From: Terriglobia bacterium
GTDB taxonomy: Bacteria; Acidobacteriota; Terriglobia; 2-12-FULL-54-10
DNA: 64,000 bases
Assembly: GCA_963666975.2 (NCBI GenBank)
Contig: CAXVYR010000002.1
Span: forward strand, 1-64,000
Direction: 5' to 3'
In this document: piece by piece, positions 20,101-31,123 of the stretch
Layout of the letters: every line of letters begins with the position of its first letter
Numbering within the stretch: position 1 is the first letter of the stretch
Translations under genes and position numbers: made by a program
Notes under the pieces: generated by a model
What the model saw: only the letters and a program-made list of their open reading frames with translations
Told to the model about the DNA's origin: nothing
The model's database searches: none

Positions 20101-20562
20101 ATGGTTGATTATCAGTTTGTTACGGAGCGCCTGGCCGTCGGTGGCGCCATCGAAACACCAGAAAATATGCGGGAACTGGTCCGGGACGGGATTACACACG
20201 TCGTCAACATGCAGTTGGAATTCGATGACGGCCTGATCTCCGATGGAACCGGAGTTCAGGTCCTGTGGAACGCTTGCGATGACGACTTTTTGCCGAAGCC
20301 CGCGGAGCTTTTCTGGAAGGGCGTCCGCTTCACGCTGGAAACGCTCCGCCATCCGGACACGCGGGTGTTGTTTCACTGCGCCATGGGAATCCACAGGAGC
20401 CCGCTCATGTTGCTGGCTGTCCTTCGCGTGCAGGGTCATGACCTGTGGCCGGCCATCCGCATGATTCAGGCTGCCCGCCCCCAGGCACAGTTCCCATCCA
20501 TTTACATAGATAGCGTGGAAGACTTTGTGCTGGAATATCAGGCCAGCGCAGAGGCGGAGTGA
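20101..20562 (+). CDS. Dual-specificity protein phosphatase family
   Basis: P-loop HCAMGIHRS (HCx5R). Confidence 0.88.
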   Translation: MVDYQFVTERLAVGGAIETPENMRELVRDGITHVVNMQLEFDDGLISDGTGVQVLWNACDDDFLPKPAELFWKGVRFTLETLRHPDTRVLFHCAMGIHRSPLMLLAVLRVQGHDLWPAIRMIQAARPQAQFPSIYIDSVEDFVLEYQASAEAE

Positions 20563-20589
20563 GAGCCCGCTTTCGTCAGCAATCCCTCG

Positions 20590-21483
20590 TTAAAAATCCA
20601 GGAAGAACTTCATCTCCAGACCATTGATCTGATACGCCGTGCGTTTCAGCGAGTAGTTGTAGGCGGCGGCGATCCCGTAGGAGGGGTTGAGCCACTTCCG
20701 AACGAAGACCGAGGTGCTGTAACTGCTGAACTCCACGTCCTGTGGAGTAAGCGCCAGGGTCTGCCAGGCCTCCCTCCCCCCTCCGGCTGCGAGGCCGACC
20801 CAATAGCTGCCTTCCCGCCCGTACTGGACCGCGCCGCTTAAGGATTTCGACTTCTGATTTCCCGGCCGGACGTTGTTGAAATTCAGACTCCCCTGAAAAA
20901 CAAAGTTCCTCCAATAGTAGATCGCCCCGGCCCTGCTGACTCGTCCATTGACGGGATTGCCGAAATACAGCCGCGTGAGTCCGCCCGTCAAAATCAAACC
21001 CGGCAACGGAGGAACCTTGAGGTTGGCATTCGCGTCATAGCGAAATCGCGGGAAAAAAGCAGCCGGGTTGTCCGGGCCGCCCCCGCTGAGGTTCAGGTTT
21101 GTATAAAACCACTTTGACCAGTTTACGAGCGCGCCGAAAACAAAAAGCCGCTCCGTCTCCCCAGGCCGCCGCTGCAAAATCACGTCGCCTGAAACGGTCA
21201 GCCGGTCCGATCGCTGATAAGACAACCCGAGGCCCGTACCCGCCCAATGGCCGAAATTGTTGCTGACGACATTGTCGAAACCGGTGGCCTCCATGCGAAA
21301 CCGCCGAATTATGGCCCCGGACAGCTCCTGCTTCGGGGAAGATTCGGCGGCTGGGCTGCTCTCAACGGCTGAACCCGATTGCGCAAAAGCTCCCGGAACA
21401 CTCAGGGCGAAAACGAAGATTGCCAGCAACCTTCTCCGACAGTAAATACGTTTATAGTGGCACCGTTTCATTACAACCATCAC
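20590..21483 (-). CDS. YaiO-family outer-membrane beta-barrel protein
   Basis: Signal peptide, amphipathic beta strands, FFPRFRYD motif and C-terminal Phe. Confidence 0.7.
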   Translation of the reverse strand: MMVVMKRCHYKRIYCRRRLLAIFVFALSVPGAFAQSGSAVESSPAAESSPKQELSGAIIRRFRMEATGFDNVVSNNFGHWAGTGLGLSYQRSDRLTVSGDVILQRRPGETERLFVFGALVNWSKWFYTNLNLSGGGPDNPAAFFPRFRYDANANLKVPPLPGLILTGGLTRLYFGNPVNGRVSRAGAIYYWRNFVFQGSLNFNNVRPGNQKSKSLSGAVQYGREGSYWVGLAAGGGREAWQTLALTPQDVEFSSYSTSVFVRKWLNPSYGIAAAYNYSLKRTAYQINGLEMKFFLDF

Positions 21484-21495
21484 GCCGACAGACCA

Positions 21496-22599
21496 TCAAA
21501 CAGCAATCACCGCCCGCCCGGCAGCCATCTTGCCGCAAACCGCCACATTGCGTTCCATCCTCGTCTCCCCGCCCGCGCTGACGACTGCCAGCGCGCTGGA
21601 TGCGCCCACGCGCACCCCGGCACAAAGCAGGATGTTGGCATCAGCCGATAAAATTTCTCCTACGAAACCTGATTCGCCGACCTCGATGGCCCCTCCGGAG
21701 ACCATGCTTCGGCGCACCCTGTTGCGAGGGCCGAGCTTTACGCGGGCCGCCTTCACGGCCTCGCTGAATCGGCAGCCGGGGCCGGTGCGCAGATATCCCT
21801 TCACAACCAAGCTGCTTTCCACACGGCTGCCAGCCGGCAATTCCAGATCGCCACGCACCAGCCAAGTATTGGCCGCCAACCGGGAACACCGGGCCGGGTC
21901 CAAGTACGCAGGAATCTTTTCCGACGCTGCAGGCGGGTCAGCGTCTTCCTCGCCGTTGCCTGCAAAATCGGACGCGACATGATATCCGGATGTGAAGATC
22001 AGCGGAGCGTAGAGCAACTGCGCCGAGGCCTCCGGCTGCAGTTCGATTGACTCTGCGGAGCACACGCGGCTGTGCACTACTGTTCCACGCGAGAGCAAAA
22101 CTTTCTTCTGCGCATCCACCCAGCGGGCGACCTCATTGGCCGCGCCCAGCACAATTCCCCCGTCCGCCGCCACCGCCTGCAATTGCGCATGGCCGCCGGT
22201 TTGCAAATTCCCCAGGCAATAAATCTCCCGGTGGAAAATTGCGCGGGCAGAAAGATAAAGGTCGCCATCCGAGTAAAGTAACTCATCGTGCTCCTCCTGC
22301 CCCCCGAAGCGGCCGCCGGACAGCAACAAAATACGCTCCCCATCGGGCTTTTCGAGAATTGCGCGAACCGGCGACTCCTCCGTCCCTGAATCAGGATGCG
22401 GGATGGGCCGCGCTGTTTGCAGCCATTCCTTCATCTTGGCGCGAAAAGAAATTCCAAAGTAATTTTCCGCGCGGACATATTCCACATCCACCGGAAGTGG
22501 GGCGTCATCCCTGGGCCGGAGCCACTCCCGGAACCCGAAATAAAAGTTCAGCGAGAGCAGCAGAAAAAACAGTAGCAGTAGTGAAAAATATCCCGCCAC
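21496..22599 (-). CDS. Membrane-anchored protein with bactofilin/beta-helix-like repeats
   Basis: N-terminal TM helix; repeated V/L-x-G-x-L/V patterns (LVRGDL, VVKGYL, VSGGAI). Confidence 0.6.
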   Translation of the reverse strand: MAGYFSLLLLFFLLLSLNFYFGFREWLRPRDDAPLPVDVEYVRAENYFGISFRAKMKEWLQTARPIPHPDSGTEESPVRAILEKPDGERILLLSGGRFGGQEEHDELLYSDGDLYLSARAIFHREIYCLGNLQTGGHAQLQAVAADGGIVLGAANEVARWVDAQKKVLLSRGTVVHSRVCSAESIELQPEASAQLLYAPLIFTSGYHVASDFAGNGEEDADPPAASEKIPAYLDPARCSRLAANTWLVRGDLELPAGSRVESSLVVKGYLRTGPGCRFSEAVKAARVKLGPRNRVRRSMVSGGAIEVGESGFVGEILSADANILLCAGVRVGASSALAVVSAGGETRMERNVAVCGKMAAGRAVIAV

Positions 22600-22644
22600 A
22601 AAGAGTGTCTCCCGTAGAGTGCCGGCGCGCAGAGTCCTGGCGCA

Positions 22645-24021
22645 TTAGGAAGCCGGAGAGCCCGGAATGATTGATCGCGCGCGAATGAAGTTCAGGCCCC
22701 GCCCGTTTGGATAACCGTTCCCGGAAGAGCCTCCATTGCCATTTCCGCTCGCATGACCATTTCCATTTCCGTTGCGATACCGCTCCGTCTTATGCCAGGG
22801 AGGCCGGAGGCCCAGAATTCGCCCGCCGTAATATTTTGCCAATGCCAGGCTGACGGTCACCGTGCTGAAGAGAAAATTGGCGATGTTGAGGGGAAGCAGG
22901 CGGACCCGGTGATGGGCTCCGTCCAGGATCACGCTGTTGCCGATCTCAAAAAAAGAGGCGAAATTTCCGACCGCATTGTAACAAGTGCTGGCCAGGAAAA
23001 AAGCGGCGAGCGCCGGGAGAAAACTCTGGCCGCTGAAGAAAAGCAGCAGGCAGGCGGCCCAGCCGAGAAGAACCAGCGGCGCCGTCAGGTACACGCCCAG
23101 CAAAAGAACCCCGTCCAATTTGGCCTTCCGGCTCAGATGAGGTGAGCGCAACAGCGGCCACAGATACCGGCGCAAACACTCCGTGTGACCGATGGCCCAG
23201 CGCTCAATCTGCCGCCGCCGGACCTCCCAGGTCACCGGAACCTCTTCGTAACACTCGGCGCGGTTCACATAGGCCACTTTCCATCCCCGAATCGCCAGCT
23301 GCAGCGTCAGGTCGGTGTCTTCGGTCAGGGAAAGCACATTCCAGCCCCCGACGGCTTCCAGAGCCTCGCGGCGCACGCCGCCCACCGTGCCTCCGTATTG
23401 GGCGATCAAGCCCAGATTGTTGCGTGCTTGCTGATTGATCTGGTAACCGCCGGCGCGCTCCAAATCCAGCAAGCGGGAGAGCAGCGAGGAAGCCGTGTTT
23501 TCCGGCACCACGCGTCCCATCACCGCCCCCACTTCCGGGTCGGCAAAAGGTGCAGCCAGAAACTTGAGCAGGGATTTTCCGGGGATATAGTCGGCGTCGA
23601 AGACGATCAGAATCTCTCCGGTTGCCAGGCGAGTGGCCGCTTGCAAGGCGGCCGACTTGCCCCGGCGGCCTTCCCGCTGGTGCAAGGGTTTAATCCAAGA
23701 ATAACGAGCGGCGTACTCATCCAAAATTTCTCCGGTGCCGTCGGTGGAGTGGTCGTCGATAGGAATAATCTCCAGACGGCCCGGGGCGTGCGGATAATCG
23801 GCCTCAAGCAGCGCTTCCAGCACGTCGTGCGCCACGGCCTCCTCATTATGCATGGGAATCAAGACGGTAACAGAGGGCAGGTGGAAGCCGGCCAGGTCGG
23901 TGTAGTTCATCCGCTGCGGGCGGAACAGACGATGGAAGGCGAAAAAAAAGTGCCGCAGCGAATAAACCGACAACACGAACACCACCGCCACCGCCGTTAC
24001 TTTTGCCACCAGCAGAATCAT
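22645..24021 (-). CDS. Processive GT2 glycosyltransferase (cellulose-synthase-like)
   Basis: IDDHSTD, FDADY, LTEDTD and QIERW (D,D,D,QxxRW) with flanking TM helices. ATG 24021 overlaps the upstream stop. Confidence 0.92.
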   Translation of the reverse strand: MILLVAKVTAVAVVFVLSVYSLRHFFFAFHRLFRPQRMNYTDLAGFHLPSVTVLIPMHNEEAVAHDVLEALLEADYPHAPGRLEIIPIDDHSTDGTGEILDEYAARYSWIKPLHQREGRRGKSAALQAATRLATGEILIVFDADYIPGKSLLKFLAAPFADPEVGAVMGRVVPENTASSLLSRLLDLERAGGYQINQQARNNLGLIAQYGGTVGGVRREALEAVGGWNVLSLTEDTDLTLQLAIRGWKVAYVNRAECYEEVPVTWEVRRRQIERWAIGHTECLRRYLWPLLRSPHLSRKAKLDGVLLLGVYLTAPLVLLGWAACLLLFFSGQSFLPALAAFFLASTCYNAVGNFASFFEIGNSVILDGAHHRVRLLPLNIANFLFSTVTVSLALAKYYGGRILGLRPPWHKTERYRNGNGNGHASGNGNGGSSGNGYPNGRGLNFIRARSIIPGSPAS

Positions 24022-24776
24022 TGCCAGACCTCCCTTTGCTTCCCTAAAAATGCCGCTGCCCGGTCCATCGCCAGCGAGTAGAAAGCAACGATGTAGAGAA
24101 AATCCGCCAGAAAGCCGAACATAAAATAAAATAGAGGCATCCAGAGAGAGCCGAAGTGATGAAACGTCGCCAGGGCCAGCGCCAAACGAACCACCGACCA
24201 CAGGAAGGAGTAAGAAACCAGCAGGCACAGCCAGGAAAGTTTCATCCAGAACGGTACGCTCAATATGAAATAGCCCATGACAAAAAGCAAAGGCAGCAAC
24301 AACCATAGATAGGTTTCGCCGCGATACCAGATGGCGCAGAAGTCTTCCGGACTATAGGGAACATTCGGGGAAACAAGCTGCAGATAGAGAAAGGTGATCG
24401 TCAGGCTCGCCTGCATGAACAAAAGGACCGGCTTCAGCGGAGCGGGCCACCAGCGGTACCCGGCCAAAAGGAGAACCGCTACGCCCAGGAAGTACCAGGG
24501 GTAGAACGGGTATTCCTGATAATCGAGGTAGCTTGTGCGCAACAACTCTGCGGTGACTCCCGGCAGTAGTGTAATGTGCCTCCCCGCTTCCCAGGGAACC
24601 TCCGCCACCTCCAGCAGAAATCCTACGACCCGTGTATGCCACTGGAGGATTTGCGGCAACTGCCAGTACAACAAAAGATCGGCACAGACAGCGACCGCTA
24701 CACCTTCGTACAGCGAACCCATCCGAAACGGCATGTGCCGCAGACTCTTATGCTGATAGATGACTCTTCGGCGCAA
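24018..24776 (-). CDS. Integral membrane hypothetical protein
   Basis: About six hydrophobic segments; coupled to the GT2 gene by an ATGA overlap. Confidence 0.8.
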   Translation of the reverse strand: MRRRVIYQHKSLRHMPFRMGSLYEGVAVAVCADLLLYWQLPQILQWHTRVVGFLLEVAEVPWEAGRHITLLPGVTAELLRTSYLDYQEYPFYPWYFLGVAVLLLAGYRWWPAPLKPVLLFMQASLTITFLYLQLVSPNVPYSPEDFCAIWYRGETYLWLLLPLLFVMGYFILSVPFWMKLSWLCLLVSYSFLWSVVRLALALATFHHFGSLWMPLFYFMFGFLADFLYIVAFYSLAMDRAAAFLGKQREVWQ

Positions 24777-25174
24777 TGCCCACCGGCCTTTCGCAAGGCT
24801 AGCGCTCTTCCGCTATTTGCAGCTATTGTCTACGCGCCCCAGCGGGGAGCCCTGAACGTTATAGATATCTCTAGCTGATAAAACTTTCCGGCAGCGCACA
24901 AGGATAAAGCAGTTGCCTCAAATAGCAAATAGCCTATTGGTCCGCTTTATGTTGGAGAGTTAGGATTCCATTGTTTTCCTATTAATTACCTATTTATTTA
25001 CTAGGACAGTCGTAGGCGCACACCTGGCGGCGCTACATACCGCCTATACACTATCGGGAGAAATGCACTAACGCACACCGGAAGCAGTGCCCCGCCCATC
25101 CGTGCCGAGTCGTACCGAACAAAAATTGAGCTGCTGCCAAATAGGGGGCGCCCGGTTGGGCGTATAATCGTCCC

Positions 25175-26281
25175 ATGCACGGTTTTGATACGGTGATCAT
25201 TGGAGGAGGAATCATCGGCTGCTCGCTGGCGCGGCTGCTCGCCGGCGCGGGCGCGAAGGTGGAGGTGATCGAGCGAGGCGCTCCGGGAGAAGAAGCCTCA
25301 TGGGCTGCGGCGGGCATGCTGAGCCCTTCGGCGGAGGCGGAAAAGGGCAGCCCCATCTTCAATCTTTGCCGCGCCAGCCTGAAACTCTACGGCCAGCTCG
25401 CCGCCGAGCTGCAGGCGGAAACGGACATGGACCTCGGCTACCGCAGCGAAGGCACTCTGCTGCTGTTTGAGAACGAGCAGGAGAGGGAGACGATGCTGCC
25501 CTCGATGGAGTGGCAGCGCGGCGCAGGCATTCCGATCCAGGAACTTTCCGCCCAACAGACGCGAGAAAGGGAACCTCATCTGGCCGGCGGGTTGGGCGCG
25601 TTTTTCCTACCCGAGGACCATCAAATCGACAACCGCATGCTGATGCAAGCCCTGGTCGCAAGCTGCCGCCGACGCGGGGTGGAATTTTTGCTGGGGAAAA
25701 CCGTTACCGAGGTCGAGCGCAACGGCCAAGGCGTGACCGGAGTTGTTCTCGAAAAGGAGAAAATCTCTGCCCGCCGCGTGGTCAACACCGCCGGAGCTTG
25801 GGCTGGTGCGATCCGTGCCAAAGGCTTGGCTCCCACTCCCATCCGCCCCGTCAAAGGCCACATGCTGGCGCTGGAGAGCCCCCAGACGCCCTTCCGGCAT
25901 GTGATTCGCAGCCACCGCTGTTATATGGTTCCCCGGCTGGGAGGGCGGGTGATTGTCGGCAGCACGATGGAAGAGGCAGGGTTTGACAAATCGCCGCGCG
26001 CCGGGCCGCTGACGGGCCTGCTTCGCGCCGCCCAAAAGACCTGCCCGGTTCTCGCCGAAAGCATTGTGGCCGAATTCTGGACCGGCCTGCGCCCGGCGGC
26101 TCCCGACGGCCTGCCGGTGATCGGCCCCACGGCGCTCGAAGGCTACTCGGTCGCCCTGGGACATTTCCGCAACGGCATCTTGCTCGCCCCGATCACCGCC
26201 CAAATCCTCTCCGCATGGATGCTCACCGGAAAGTCTCCCTTCGCGGTGGACGCCCTGCTCCCGCAGCGCTTCGGCGGGTAG
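25175..26281 (+). CDS. thiO: Glycine oxidase
   Basis: GGGIIG FAD motif, ASWAAAGML, PVKG, GLRP and GHFRNGILLAP. Confidence 0.88.
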   Translation: MHGFDTVIIGGGIIGCSLARLLAGAGAKVEVIERGAPGEEASWAAAGMLSPSAEAEKGSPIFNLCRASLKLYGQLAAELQAETDMDLGYRSEGTLLLFENEQERETMLPSMEWQRGAGIPIQELSAQQTREREPHLAGGLGAFFLPEDHQIDNRMLMQALVASCRRRGVEFLLGKTVTEVERNGQGVTGVVLEKEKISARRVVNTAGAWAGAIRAKGLAPTPIRPVKGHMLALESPQTPFRHVIRSHRCYMVPRLGGRVIVGSTMEEAGFDKSPRAGPLTGLLRAAQKTCPVLAESIVAEFWTGLRPAAPDGLPVIGPTALEGYSVALGHFRNGILLAPITAQILSAWMLTGKSPFAVDALLPQRFGG

Positions 26282-26323
26282 CCGAGACTGCATTGAGTCG
26301 AATCCGCAGGTTGTTACCAATCC

Positions 26324-29300
26324 TTAATCTCTGGCTTTTTCGTAAGCCATCTGTAGCAATTCGTGTAGAAGGCCTTGGTGCTTTTTGATGTCGCCCGCAT
26401 TGAGCTTTATCCGGTAGCGCCCCGATCTGGAGTGATAGTCCATTATATCCAGTCCTGCCTCTTCAAGCTTTGCGTCAACCTCATCAGATCGCTCCAACCG
26501 AGGTTCCAATCGGAGCCATTGTTTCTTAGGCCGGAAAACAACAAAGTTATTTGGCTGCCCATTCTTCGTCAACCCGATTTTGAACTTGTAATATCTCAAG
26601 GCAAGTTCGCTGTCCCAGGATTTGAGCGTTTGGAACAACTCATCGGTCATTGCGAGTGTTGTTTTACCTGCCCGCTTCTCCCAGTAGTCTCGGTCTGTGA
26701 CTTCTCTTTCTCCCTCTTTCTCTTCCTCAACTAGCCCGAGCCGCATCTCGTTGAGCACTGTTGTAAACACTAAGGAGACTTGCTCTCCAAACTTCAAAGC
26801 CTGCATTTGAATTGCCACTAATGGTATATACCCGCATTTCCAGTTTGCAGCGTGCTGTAGGCGCCGGAAGCAACCTTCGACTAGCCTCCAAGTCTGGCAT
26901 CAATATTGATGCTGGTTTCAGCATCAACATTGGCGAATCATGCGGAGGTATACACCGAATGGGTGAGAGACAAAATCAGCCATTTCAACTCACTTTTACC
27001 GTTGCCTCGTTAGGAAGGCTGCGCTTTCCACGGTTTCATCGATGGGTCACGCGCTACCCTCCAACGGAGCTTTTGATTGCTCGAGGTACGGGAGTTTCTT
27101 GGACGGAACGATTGGTTGATTCGGTGAACTCATCAAGGCAGTGTCCTAGCCGATCCTCGGGTCTGGAAGAACACATTGCGGTACCTGCCCGCTTCTCCCC
27201 TCGCGATGACCTGCTACGTCCGCATCTACGTCGGTGTACCCAGGAGTTGTCGCTTGGCTGGATACGAGGATGTGAACGATGCCGATCAGACTCTCACGAG
27301 ACTCCGACCTTCCATCGACCTCTGATCGCTGTTCCGTGGGAGAAGAATTGGGATCGAGGGGCAGCACTGCCATCCCGGTTGCAAACCTTCGAGACGGAGG
27401 TGCTGGCTGAGGAGGAGAACTTCGTGATGGGGCGGCACTTCGAGCTGAACCGGGAACTGATCGGCGTGGGACAGAGAACGCAATCGATTCGCCGTATCCA
27501 GGGTAGCGGCTTGCTCGACATGGACTGACCGACTGAGGATCGCTACGGCCGTTTCTCGGGGACAAGCAGGAGCCAAAGCGCCTCGTCAACGGGCACTTCG
27601 CTCAAATCCACCTGTTATCATCCGGTGCTTCTGTTCAATGGAGGCGGCGATTGCATTCTAGCGGCCAAGCTCCGTGCCGGCAACGTCCATAGAGCCGAAG
27701 CACTGTTTGGAACTTCACGCCTGTAGACCAAACTTCTGTTGCACGTTGCGTTGAGATCGAACGCCATCGTGTTCAGTTGATGGGGAAGAAGTCGTGTTTC
27801 GGGCTGACGATTCGATGTTAGCCTTTGTCTCCAAGCCGTGAGGTTTACGAAGCGTTGAACGGAGCAGTGACCGGGGTGGAAGTATGCCGTCCTGAGCATG
27901 CCCTTCCAACGAGAACCTGCCACGGGACATCGTGTGAGTTGCTGAGGAACGTCCGGTTTGAATTCCCGCCTTTCAAAAAAGGCCGGGCCATTCAAGCCGT
28001 TGGTGGAGTCACAAGGGGTTTCTGTACCAAGCCGAGAACGAGTTGGAAGAGGCGGCCCGACAGGGTGGTAGCCAAGGTAGAACATCATCCGGGGGAGTTG
28101 TTCCCGCAAGTGGGGTTCATTGTGCTCCGAATCTGACGCTTCCGGAGTCGGGCGGTGGTGCGTTTCTATAATAAGCGATTCCTCGACAGCAGAGCAGTGC
28201 GATTAAGGAAGGCAAGCAGGCGGTGCCAGCAGATGCCAACGCGGCTCAGTTAATCAGGCCATCGGTTCCCTCCAACGCTGCTGCAAGGTGAACGGCTGTC
28301 CCGGCTGGACCATCATTGCCTAAATCTATAGGGAAATCTCGCCGAATGGCGGCGGAACCGTGCAACTGTCATCCACAGAGAATCCGGGAACTCCCGGTCC
28401 CTGACGAGCTTGCAGCAGCGTGTTGAACAATCCTGAAGGCCGTCGGGCGGAGGACGCTTGGTGATTAAGCACGGCCCGCTACTATTGGCTTTGCTGGCAG
28501 CAGAGCTCATCGCGGATGGACGAGACCCCGTTTATTTCCGGCTAGGCATCGGAGAGCTGGCTGGCGAATTCCCAGTCATCGGCGCTGTGGACGTTGGGCT
28601 GTCGCTTCCGTCGGGATAGCCCATTATAGGCTAGCCTGAACCGGGCGCACCCAAGAAAAGCGGATTCCGATGCCGGAAAACCGACGGACAGTGCTGTTGC
28701 CCCTCGGTGGATGGATCCCCCAGGCATGGAGAGGTGTCTGCAAACCGCGAAGGTTCTGGAAGCCGATCGCCAGGCGATGGGTTCAGGTGGGGACTCGGCC
28801 AAGGACTGCGAGCGGCTGGAAGCAACCGCTGGCAGTGCGCTCGGAGATCGTTCGTCCAACTCGAAATATTTGTACCCTGGAAGGAATGCGGTTGAAGGCC
28901 AACGGATGTATGCTCACGAGTCAGGATGGGCCGAACAAGCTCAAATTCTGGGGATTAACTGGAAATGCGTATAACCGTTAAACAGGCTAATGACGTTGAG
29001 AAACCTGCTCGTTACATCTTCTGCCACTATTACAGCCGTGTGGTCATACTGAGGATACCGTTTGCGTTCAATATCCCAGTATTCAATCGTGCGAATGATA
29101 TGGGATTCATCGGTCTTGCCTAACTGTATTTCCACCTCATAACGACGGTCTGATTCAGCGTCCTGAAATAGCAGGTCGAGTCGCCCTGCGTGGGGCTGAT
29201 TTTTTCCTTATCTCTCAGAATGAGGTCCCCCAGGCCAAGCAGGGAGGGATCATCTGCTATGCGCTCCTGAACCCACTTTTCGTGTTCCGGCTGATTTTTC

Positions 29301-29338
29301 AATGGGACTCTTTCTGGCTTGACATATTTTATAGTCAT
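26324..29338 (-). pseudogene. NucS-like PD-(D/E)xK nuclease with DUF5655-like C-terminus, split by IS1380 and a frameshift
   Basis: Pieces 29120-29338, 28970-29135 and 26324-26830 rejoin as ..GRLDLL..YEVEIQLG..DESHIIRTIEYW..ISLFNGY-IPLVAIQM.. Confidence 0.75.
26831..28969 (+). mobile_element. IS1380-family element, transposase heavily corrupted
   Basis: IRs CCCGCATTTCCAG / CTGGAAATGCG; TATA duplication at 26827-26830 and 28970-28973. Transposase fragments LLDMD, CYHPVLLFN and RVVAKVEHHPGELFPQVGFIV. Confidence 0.85.
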
Positions 29339-29388
29339 CCTGAATTCCTCGTCCAGGTGAGCCCCGATACGCGGGGCAATTTAGGCAT
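29335..29388 (-). pseudogene. Truncated HicA-like toxin N-terminus
   Basis: MPKLPRVSG.. starts within the hicB stop region and ends after 17 aa at the next gene's ATG. Confidence 0.55.
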
Positions 29389-29590
29389 ATATCGCCTCGA
29401 AGGTAGTCAGCAAGGGCCGGGAAACGTCCGACAGGGGGAACTCTTGGAGGTACAGTTCGGTTGCCTCTTTTAGATTTGCTACAGCTTCCTCCACAGTGTC
29501 TCCCTGGCTGACTGTACCTACTTCCGGGCATTCCGCCACATACAAGTCATCCTCTTTGTGCAGAATCGCGCTAAAAGTACATACTGCCAT
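29381..29590 (-). CDS. hicB: HicB-family antitoxin
   Basis: YVAECPEVGTVSQGDTVEEAVANLKEATELYL. Confidence 0.88.
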   Translation of the reverse strand: MAVCTFSAILHKEDDLYVAECPEVGTVSQGDTVEEAVANLKEATELYLQEFPLSDVSRPLLTTFEAIYA

Positions 29591-29681
29591 TAGAACACCT
29601 CCGGCTCCCGACCATTCCTGCTCATTAGTTTTGCCCAGCAGCTTACCGCAAGCTCAGAGCAGAATGCCATTGTTTTAGAGC

Positions 29682-31123
29682 TTATTCGGAAGCCAGCGCC
29701 CGGACCAGCCTGTAGAGAAATTCCCGGCCTTCGTAGAACTGCTTTATGCCGATGCGCTCATCCTTGCCGTGGAGGCGCATGTCATCTATGTCTTCGAACA
29801 GGCCGGAGACACCGTAGGTCGGGATACCGGCATTGCGAAGGTACCGCCCATCGGTGGCGCCTGTAACCATGGTCGGGATCACAGGAATTCCCGGCCACAT
29901 CTGCCCCCACATCTGCCCGGTGATGCGCTCGACCGGCTCCAGAACTTCCGATGGTCGAGAGGCGACGCGGGACCGGCCATCGGCTCCGTTGTCGTCGACA
30001 CCGAGATCGCCTCGTCGGCCAGCACCCGGATTACGGTCTGCCGCACCTCATCGGCTGAGTCGCCCGGAAGCACCCGGCAGTTCACCGTCGCCCGGGCGGT
30101 CTGAGGCAGGGCGTTCTCCGCGTGTCCGGCCTCAAGCTGGGTTGCCACGCAGGTGGAGCGCAGCAGCGCGTTGTAGTAAGGCACCTCGGAGAGCCGGGCG
30201 GCCGCCTCCGGATCGGGGGGATTGGCGGCGACGCCTTTCATGGCTGCGCCGACCGAACCGCCCTCGATCTCCGCCATGCGCTCAAAATACGTGCGGGTGA
30301 TCTCGTCGAGGCGCACGGGGAACTCGAACTGCGCCAAGCGAGAGAGCCCCTCGGCCAGATGGTAGATGGCATTGTCTCTCTCCGGGATCGAGCTGTGCCC
30401 TCCGGGGTTGATCACCTCAAGCCGCAGGGTCATATAGACCTTCTCGCTAAGCTGGATGTCGTTGCTCATATACTTCCCGTTGCGGATGGTCCCGAAACCG
30501 CCTTCGTTGAGAGCGTATGCAGCATCGATCAGACCACGATGGTTCTGGAGCAACCAATCGACGCCGTTGAAATCGCCGCCCTCCTCGTCGGCGGTCAGAG
30601 CGACGATGATGTCCCGGTCGGGCTGAAGGCCTTCCTGTTTGTAGCGGATCAGGCTGGCGATCCAGATGGCCGACATGGCCTTGTCGTCGGTGGTGCCACG
30701 GCCGTAAAAATAACCGTCCTGCTCGGTGAACCGGAACGGGTCCAGCGACCAATCCTCGCGATTTGCCCCGACGACGTCCAAATGGGCAAGCAGCAGAAGA
30801 GGTCTCCGGTCGCCGCTGCCCCGGAACCGTGCGACCAGGTTCCCCTTTTTCGGGTGCGGCCCGATGACCTGCACATCGGCTGCCGGGAATCCTGCGGCAC
30901 GGAGCCGCGACGCCATGGCTTCTGCGGCGTCGGTCGTGCTGCCGGTGGCGTGGGTGGTGTCAATCTCGATCAGTTCTTGGAAGATCTCCCGGGCAAGTTG
31001 ATTATGGGCCGAAGCTGGACCGGAAGGATTCTGTGCCACCGCCGCAATCGGAACAACCAAACCAGCGGCAAGCAACAGCGCAGTCAAAGGTCTGAATACC
31101 ATCGCTCTAAATAGTGGTCGCAT
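29682..31123 (-). CDS. M20/M25/M40-family metallopeptidase, frameshifted near the 3' end
   Basis: Signal peptide, AHLDVV, GRGTTDDK and ADEEGG. C-terminal GATDGRY..HGKDERI lies in another frame; short duplication near 29895-29918. Confidence 0.88.
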
